This document shows positions 54,732 to 62,987 of a stretch of DNA of 64,000 nt, piece after piece (the first letter of the stretch is position 1; each line of letters starts with the position of its first letter). Under the pieces are notes generated by a model. That model worked only from the letters and a program-made list of their open reading frames with translations. It searched no databases and had not been told where the DNA came from. The stretch is from sequence record MK250021.1; one strand, written 5' to 3'. A program made the translations under genes and the position numbers.

Positions 54732-55846
54732 ATTTCAGTTATATCATTTAATTGATCTTTATTATTAATCATCTATATAAGTGATTTTATAGTTCCTTTC
54801 TTATCATTTTTATATGTAGATTCCCAAACTATTATAACCTTGCAATTCAATGTCTGTTGAATATCTTCAATTCTTTCTCTATCATGATTCCATTTATCTT
54901 TAACTGAACGTCCGTTTCTTAATATAAAATAATTTGTTTCATTAGCATTATATTTCTTTGGATTAAAATGATAAAAATCTCCATAAAATTCTATAACAAT
55001 ATTTAATGATTTATCGTAATAATCTACATGATAAAAATTATTATTTAATAACTTAACTGTATATTCTATATAAGTATCATTATCTTTATAATATTCTTTT
55101 AAATGAGAAAATAACTCTAATGATATATTTGACTTATTACCTATTAAATAATATTGTTCTGAACGTTTTTCTACAAATTCATTATATTTTTGTGTTCCAT
55201 CTTCTTTACCGTATTCTTCGATAAAATAATCTAATGTACATGTATATCTCTGACGTTCGATATAAGCATTCCATATTTTTAAACCATCTATTTCACCATG
55301 TCTTTTAATAAGATTTTCCTTTGTTACCGCTCTAGATTTATTGTATTCATCAAATTTATCTTGAGACATACCATATTTTTCATGTTTATATTCATATGTA
55401 TTTGTAACTGATTGTTTATTACAATATGAATTCCATTTTTCTAATCCTATATCTTTTCCATATCGTTTAATCATTTTTTCTTTGGTAACACATTGTCTTT
55501 CTTTTGCTACAGGGTTGAAATCCTTATCAGGTACTCCAAATCCATACTACGTATATTTTGCAGCTTTATGCGCAAATTTAAATTTTACATCTTTAAAATT
55601 TGGAAATTTCTTGCATACACAATCATAACACCTACATAAATGATATTCATTACCATTATAATTTCTAGTACTTAAAAATGATAACTTATTATTATCACAT
55701 ACTATTTTATGTGTTTTTGAGTTTATATGAAATGTACCATTATCATATATAAGAAATTTACCACATTCTTTACAATAACATATTGATGGATCTATATTAT
55801 TATCTTTACAATATTGAACTACGTTCTATTCACTTAAATATTTCAT
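54728..55846 (-). CDS. Free-standing homing endonuclease (Vsr/EDxHD-like), 372 aa (3 TAG)
   Basis: Starts at a TAATG overlap with the IntN stop; Zn-ribbon Cys, K(R/Y)G repeats, VDYY...IEFYGDFYH. Confidence 0.85.
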
Positions 55847-56658
55847 TATCTATCTAATGTTATAATTTTATCAGATTTTTTTATTTCTCTTGCAGGAACA
55901 GATATTAATTCATTATTTCGTATAACCATTATACTATGATCACCTGTAACTATAAGCTCTTTACCGGATTTAGTTTTTAACCTAAACTTATCTTTAGTTA
56001 CTTTATGTCTCATTATATAATTAATCGGTCGTGTAATAGTTTTATAATCATGATCCTTATATGATAATGTATCGTGATTATGTACAGGAATGACTTCAGA
56101 CCCATTTTGTAATTTTATAACAACATCGTCATTTTCATATTTTGCTTTAGTAAAAAAGCCTTCCATTGAAAATACTTTATTATCTATAACTACTTGAGTA
56201 TCAGCAGTTTGCGAATCCGTATCCCCCGCTACAGTTAGTGATTGGTTTCCATCAAGATACGAAAACTCGGGTCCGTCCAACGTACCTGTTTCAGTTGTCT
56301 TACCTTTTGCGATACTTACTCGTTTTGCTTTCTCCGAATCAATACCGAGTTTCTTATGCAATTCTGTATCATTCTGAAATATACCACTGAAATACGCGTT
56401 AACAGAATTCTCAGAATAATGGTTCAAATCCTGACCCTGAAGAGTAATAGATTCTGCGACTGCTGTGTTATGCGCAATGAAATACTTGCTCGCGGTAGCT
56501 CCATAAACACTATTGATAAATTTCTTTAACGCTAACTGCTTAGTCTCATAAAAATCCCCTAAATTTTTTAATCTTTCTACTTCTTTTTCAAGTTCTTCAA
56601 TACTGCAATTCTCAGGGTCTACTTGGCAAAATTTATAATTCTTATGTTGTTCTTCCAT
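55846..56658 (-). CDS. polB: PolB middle part (motifs B and C) fused to split-intein N fragment
   Basis: QLALKKFINSVYG (motif B); AGDTD|SQTADT; block B LIVTGDHS; TAA stop. Confidence 0.93.
   Translation of the reverse strand: MEEQHKNYKFCQVDPENCSIEELEKEVERLKNLGDFYETKQLALKKFINSVYGATASKYFIAHNTAVAESITLQGQDLNHYSENSVNAYFSGIFQNDTELHKKLGIDSEKAKRVSIAKGKTTETGTLDGPEFSYLDGNQSLTVAGDTDSQTADTQVVIDNKVFSMEGFFTKAKYENDDVVIKLQNGSEVIPVHNHDTLSYKDHDYKTITRPINYIMRHKVTKDKFRLKTKSGKELIVTGDHSIMVIRNNELISVPAREIKKSDKIITLDR
55849..56214 (-). mobile_element. Split intein IntN (PolB), 122 aa, Ser-initiated
   Basis: Inserted after DTD of motif C; TxxH block B; lacks blocks F/G. Confidence 0.9.
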
Positions 56659-56682
56659 TTTATTCTAATTAACGATTTAATT

Positions 56683-56711
56683 ATTATACAAATAAAAATT
56701 CTATTTGTTTA
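56683..56711 (-). promoter_or_regulatory. Class II promoter TAAACA-N17-TATAAT for polB(mid)-IntN
   Basis: Motif with 17-bp spacing. Confidence 0.65.
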
Positions 56712-56747
56712 TTAAAAACATTATTAACAATATTTAATATAAGATAT

Positions 56748-58406
56748 ATGGAAATTACAGATCAAATTATAATAGATAAGTTAACAGTATTTAGACATAA
56801 TAAAATACAATTAAATACATGTAGAATAAAAGAAACATGGTTAAAAGATCATGGTTTATATGAGTATTTAATTAATAGATTTAAAACCATAGATAATATT
56901 CAAGAAATTATATATAGGATATATTATAAATTACCGGATAATTTACAGTTACATTGTAATACTTGTGGTAATGAAATACCTTTACAATTTAGAGGATTCT
57001 TATATGGATATAATCAATATTGTTCTTATAAATGTTCTTTAAATGATCCAAATAAAATACATAAATTAACAAATGTAAAACAAAAAGATGATATAGATGA
57101 TAATTATGTATTGAATTTAATGATTAAAGACAATAGATTAGTTTCAGAATATTGTAAGAATAAAAAACTTAAACAATTTGGTATATATGATTATATGATG
57201 AATAGATATGGCGATTTACAGAAAAATAAATCTATTATTCAAGAAATTATATATAGAATGAAATATCATATAGATAAATCTCCTCGATGTCCAACATGTG
57301 GGAAATATGTTAACTTTTATAGATTTAGTGAAGGATTCAGACATTATTGTTCAAATGAATGTGCAAATAAGAATGAAAATAATGTTAACATAAAATTAAA
57401 TAATAAGCATAAAACTATAGAAAATAAATGGTTAAACCGTGGATATAAAATTAAATATACAGAAAATAAAAATGAATTTCTTGTATATAATCAATGTAAT
57501 TTACATAATCCATTTAAAATTAAAAAATATACATTCTTTAATAGACAAGGAAAAGATATAATTATGTGTCCTATTTGTAATCCTGAAAAAAATATGGAGA
57601 CTTCTATAGAATATAAAATTAGGTTAATATTAGAGAAACATAATATAAAATTTACGCAACATGTTAGGTATATAATATCACCAAGGGAATTAGACTTTTA
57701 TTTACCTGCTTATAAAGTAGCAATAGAATGTAATGGGATTTATTGGCATTCAGGGATAAACGGTAAAAATAGATTTAAAGTTAAATATGAACTATTATCC
57801 AAAACTGATATATAGATGTTAACTTTTTGGGAAGACGATATTCATTATAACATTGATAAGATAGAAAATATCATATTAAGAAGTTGCAATTTAGAAAAGA
57901 AATTATTTTCAAATGATACTGTTATTAGAGAAATAGATATTGATATATGTAAGTCATTTATTAATAATAACTCAATTAAAAAATATATTATATCTAATAT
58001 AAATTTAGGTTTATTTAAGGATGATAAATTATTATTTGTTATGACATTTTCAAATAATAATGATAATAATTATACATTAAATCAAATATGTTATAAAAAT
58101 AATTTATATGTTATAAATTCTGAAAAATTATTATTATATTATTTTTTTAATAATTATAAATTTAATAAATTGATAACATATTGCGATTTAAAAATTGAAA
58201 ATAATAAATTATATGAAAAATTAGGATTCAAATTAAATAGTGATAAATTAAAATTTAATCTGAATTATTATAATTATAGAACAACTGAACATAGAATTAA
58301 TAAGAAAGAAGTTAATCAATTATTGAAATTAGATGATTCTGATTCATTAGAAGATTATATGAAATGTTATTCAGGATATTTAATATATGAGAAAGAGAAT
58401 GTATAA
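56748..58406 (+). CDS. Homing endonuclease (Vsr/EDxHD, Hef-like C-terminus), 552 aa (one TAG)
   Basis: Track ORFs 56748-57815 and 57816-58406 join through TAG; duplicated CxxCG/CSxxC modules; LDFYLP...AIECNGIYWH. Confidence 0.82.
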
Positions 58407-58413
58407 TTTAAAT

Positions 58414-59634
58414 TTATATACATTCTCTTTTATTATTTTCTAAATATTCATTTATTATAGTTTTTATTATTTCTATCTTATTGCTCCATATAGGAAGATA
58501 ATTCAGATTATTCATTTTCGCAGTTTGACATTTAAAAGGATCAATGATTGACCAAACATTTACAGCAGATTTATATTGTTTTGATATTTCTGCTTTTTGT
58601 TTCCACTTATTTAATAAATCAATATCATCTTTATTATCTTCATCAAATAAATGTTTCCCATGTGTCCAAAATGCGTTTATCTCTATAAATAAATCTAATG
58701 GTTTTATATAGAAATCTACATGGAATGGATAACGCTCATCAACATTTACATTAAACTATATATCATCTTTATCAAATATTGTTTGTAAATATTCATATGT
58801 TTGATATTCTGGTTTTGACATACCAAAATTATCTTTATATTTTTTCTTTATTGTTTTTACATATTGATCAAACTAATATTGATGAAAATTTTCTAATGAA
58901 CCATATTTTTTAATAACAGTTTCTTTTGTCTTTTCTTTATTATTAAATGTTGGATCCCCATATAATTCTAATTTTGTTTCTTTAATTTTGTTTTTTATTT
59001 CTTCATTTTTTGCAGGGTTATCAACGCCATATTTTTTAATAACAGTTTCTCTTGATTTTTCTTTATTATTATCTGACTAAAAACTATATTTACACCCATA
59101 TTTTTTTAAACATGTATTAATTGATTTCTATTTAACTTCTTCATTCTATCCTGAAAATTCTACANNNNNNNNNNNNNNNNNNNNNNNNNNTGTCTTCTAT
59201 AAATATTCCGATGTTTTTGTATATGATGAAACTCCATATTTTTCTAAACATGTTTGTTTTATTTTATCTTTAACTGATTTTAACTACATTTGATGTTCAA
59301 CACCATATCGTTCTTTTAATGTATTTTTTATTTTATTCTATACATTAACTGAATTCATTACACATCGTGAATTTGAACAAAATTTACGAAATCCTCTACT
59401 ATAACAATTAAATCTCACAGGTTTCCCACATGTTTCACATACTGGTCTTATTTCTATTTTATTTACAATACGGTATATTGTCTCCTATATAGATTCGCTA
59501 TCATTATATCTATTAATTAAATAATCATAAATATCTTGATGTTTATTTAACCAAGATAATCTTGTATAATTTTTTGCTAACTAATTCTTTTTTGTTATAA
59601 ATTTTTCTTTTATGTAGTCATCATTAATAATCAT
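58414..59634 (-). CDS. Homing endonuclease (Vsr/EDxHD-like) with KYG repeats, many TAG, spans a 26-nt gap
   Basis: CETCG/CSNSRC, repeated T..KKYG units, VDFYIKPLDLFIEINAFWTHG; absent from the track. Confidence 0.78.
59165..59190. other. Assembly gap (N run, 26 nt)
   Basis: Run of N inside a repeat-rich endonuclease gene. Confidence 1.
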
Positions 59635-59725
59635 ATCTAATAATAAATTATTATTATTTTTAATTATATAAAAAATGAGGTAAATAGTTTTTAACAGAAT
59701 TAAAACTATTTACCTCATTAATATA

Positions 59726-60463
59726 TTAATTAATACTTGCTTCTTTTATAGGATCTTCATCATTATCATTTTCATCTGAAATACCCATTGTTTCCTCCAA
59801 ATCTTTAACATCATCAAATGCAGATTGATCTGGTAATTGGAACATTGGGTGAATAACATGCTCATTTATATAATCAAGATATTCTGGTGTAAATACCTTA
59901 TCAGACCAAAATTCAGTAAAAGGAACTTGTTCATTAAGATGTTTTACTACAATATACCTTGCTGTATCTTTCGGTAAACAATAATGTGTTTCACCATCAT
60001 CTGTTGTCCATGTATATACTTTCTTTTTATCTGAATCTGATAATTTATCATATTCTTTTTGCGTAAGTAAATTTCCTCTACAAACACCTGAATTGTCCCA
60101 TGTCATAAATTGTTCCAAACCAACATATGGGTTAGGTTTTTTAAAATATGGAATTTGAAATTTCACTTTAATTGGTCTGCAAAAACGAGACTTAACTGGT
60201 TTTGCTGTAACTAAAACACCATTCTTTGTACCTGCATCAGAACCTTGTCTTGATTTTGCAGCTGAATCATTCTCTTTATCTTCCAGTTTAGCAGCACTTA
60301 ATTCAATTGTAATTGATGCATTATATACAATACCTGAATTATGATTTATAATACCATTTGCAGAAACATAATTATGTGTGTCTTTAACTGTTAAATCTAT
60401 TACATCCTCACTTAATTCTGACTATATCTTCTTTACAATCTTTAACTTTCTATATTTCATCAT
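59726..60463 (-). CDS. uvsX: Split-intein C fragment fused to the UvsX/RecA C-terminal part, 245 aa (TAG at codon 14)
   Basis: MMKYRKLKIVKKI*SELSEDVIDLTVKDTHNYVSANGIINHN|SGIVYNAS...KSRF; in frame with track ORF 59726-60166. Confidence 0.9.
60338..60463 (-). mobile_element. Split intein IntC (UvsX), 42 aa, basic N-terminus
   Basis: Blocks F and G; His-Asn then +1 Ser. Confidence 0.9.
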
Positions 60464-61799
60464 TTATATATTGCGTTATTTTTTTATATTCTAAATATTT
60501 AAAAACTGTTTCTGAAATTCTAACAATACCTAATACATTATTATCTATTAATAAAATATCATTATCTCTTTGCTTATCCAATTCTTCCTAATGAAATACA
60601 CCTTGTCCACCATCATATTCAAATATAATTATTTTACCTTTATATTCTAAATACCCATCACATGCATAAAATATTTTATTTCGTGTTTTATCTGATATTT
60701 CATCTGGAATTATTACTATATATGGTTTATGAATGATTTTCTTATCGATATATTTTTGTAAAAATTCAAAACATCTATTTTCTGATTCTGATATATTTGT
60801 CATCCAGCCACCTTTTATTTTACATAAAAAGTTATCACTATGTTTCCAATTTTTCCAAATATTTTTTGCTAAATTTGATTGTAATTCTTTTTTCTTTAAA
60901 TAATCTTCATATGATTTATAACCTTTATATTCCTCACATGATGGATTAATTTCATGCACTTTTAATTTAGCTTCATCATCAGAATATCCTAACTTCTTCC
61001 AATAATTAAACGTCCATACACTATGTTCTTTTGCATAATATGAAGCTTTCTTTTTTGCATCCTCTATAGTTAGCCCTAAATTTAACCAATATTTTGTTGT
61101 GCTTTTAGAACATGTTGAATTATTCTATTAAACTTTACTTACTTCTATTTTTGCGTCTTCTAATGTATAACCTTTATTTAACCAATATTCAACACAACGC
61201 GGTGATCTATTTTTATTTAATTCTCGTATAATTGATTCTGCTTCAGTATCACTATATCCTCGTGCTAAATAAAACGATTTACTACTTTTAATATATCCTT
61301 TATTCTACTTATCAGGATAATATTGTTTACACCAAATCATTAACTAATCATTAATATCTCGTTCTGTTATAAAATCAGAAAATGTTATGAAATTTATAAA
61401 TCTTTTAATAAAAGAAATATTATTCAAATTAAATGAATATTTATTATCTTTAATGAATGAATTAAATATATCATCTTTATTAAAATATACAACTGTCTTT
61501 TTATACTTATTTAATATAATTTTTTTATATTCATCAAATGAATATCCTCTAACATCCCAATATAAAAATGTTGTATTTTTATGTTTATTTGTAATATTCT
61601 TTAAATAATTTAATAATATATCTATTATTTCTTGAGAGCCATATACTTTATTTTCACTAAATAACTATTGTAACTTATTAATATACTATGTATTATTTGT
61701 ATTAATATTAAAATTATAAAACTTATTATATTTGTTTATAAACTATATAAACTCATTTATATCAAATACATTTATTTCTACTTTTTTCATATTAAACAT
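60408..61799 (-). pseudogene. Homing endonuclease (Vsr/EDxHD-like) inside uvsX, with an in-frame TAA at 61128-61130
   Basis: Four (F/Y)W/Y..(K/L/R)G(Y/L)...(E/D)A repeats; CDGYLEY...IFEYDG...FH; overlaps the IntC start by 56 nt. Confidence 0.75.
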
Positions 61800-61885
61800 T
61801 TCAAATTTTTGATTATTTTATACCTTATAATATTTATTCATATATAAAGTAAAAATAATCAAAAATTAAAAAATATTTTATGGTA

Positions 61886-62860
61886 TTATTCAGAAATTGC
61901 ATAAATTTCATCATTTTCATTTAATTCTGAAACTATTTTCCATGAGCTATCCAACTCTGGTTTATCAGGATTAATAAGAAATCTATGTGTATTTGAACAT
62001 GTAATAGTCTCTCCATTATCAAATGTAAATGTATATGTCGGTTTTTTAAAATGCCAAAGTTTCTCTACATCATGATATTCACCATCATGTGACAATACTT
62101 TATCTCCAACAACAACATCTTTCATTTGTTTAATTCCATTATTTGTAATAATTTTTTCATCTGGTCGTAAACAACCCATTGCTTGTATATTCTGAGGAAT
62201 AAATGACATAGATTGATATACATGGTTCACTACAATCCAAGGAATTTGCAATTTTGCAATTGGAGTAGCACAAACTCTAAACATTGCTTTAGTATCTTTT
62301 GCTTTTGTAAAATCTGCTTTTTGTGAACCTGACAATGTATCTTCACGTTCCTTTTCAGATGTTAAATTTCCGAGAGAATCCAATACAATAATAACTTTAT
62401 CATGTTGACCATACTTATCTTGTTGTTCTTGCAATTTATCACATAAATTTGCAATAAATTGGCTTGTCTCCATAATTGTATTAACTTTTTTAATAATTAA
62501 TTTAGATGGATCTACTCCAAGACGCCTAACAAAATCAGAATCTATTGCACCTTCAGAATCAAGATAAATTGGAATATAACCTAATTTTTGAGCTTCCCTA
62601 CAACATGAACATGCTAAAAAAGATTTACCAGCGCCAGATGTACCCGAGAACGTTACAACTCTACCAGTCGGTATTGCTTTATAAATATCACCTGAACAAC
62701 ATGCATTTAAAATATAATTACCTGTTGAAATCCATTCTTTTATATTTGAATACGCTGAATCTGCAATAATTTCAGCTTGATCATCTATACTACTTACCAT
62801 TGACATTAATGAACCAATACCACCTTCAAAATCTTCGCTTGACTACTTTTTCTTTGCCAT
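61886..62860 (-). CDS. uvsX: UvsX/RecA N-terminal part fused to split-intein N fragment, 324 aa (TAG at codon 6)
   Basis: ISTGN..LN, Walker A GTSGAGKS, YLDSE, Walker B IIVLDS, VVNHVY, then AMG|CLRPDEK. Confidence 0.95.
61889..62173 (-). mobile_element. Split intein IntN (UvsX), 95 aa, Cys-initiated
   Basis: Block A CLRPDEKI, VGDKVL, block B TCSNTHRF; acidic end; TAA stop. Confidence 0.92.
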
Positions 62861-62892
62861 AATATTAAATTACGTTAATTTTTATTTTATAT

Positions 62893-62921
62893 ATTATATA
62901 TGTTTTTTATTAATTTGTTTA
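62893..62921 (-). promoter_or_regulatory. Class II promoter TAAACA-N17-TATAAT for uvsX
   Basis: Motif with 17-bp spacing. Confidence 0.65.
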
Positions 62922-62987
62922 GAAAATAATAGCATCTAAAATTAATTTCTAATCTTAGATGCTATCTTATATTTAAGCTATAATAAA

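Noticed and set aside
44154-61130. Full TAA+TAG reassignment (code 6-like)
   Set aside because: Most genes end in TAA and reading through it would merge neighbouring genes; only two internal TAA were seen
53868-61886. Group I/II introns as the explanation for the split polB and uvsX
   Set aside because: Complete intein N and C blocks with separate stop and start codons, and a promoter before the polB IntC, explain the split; no intron core structure was recognised
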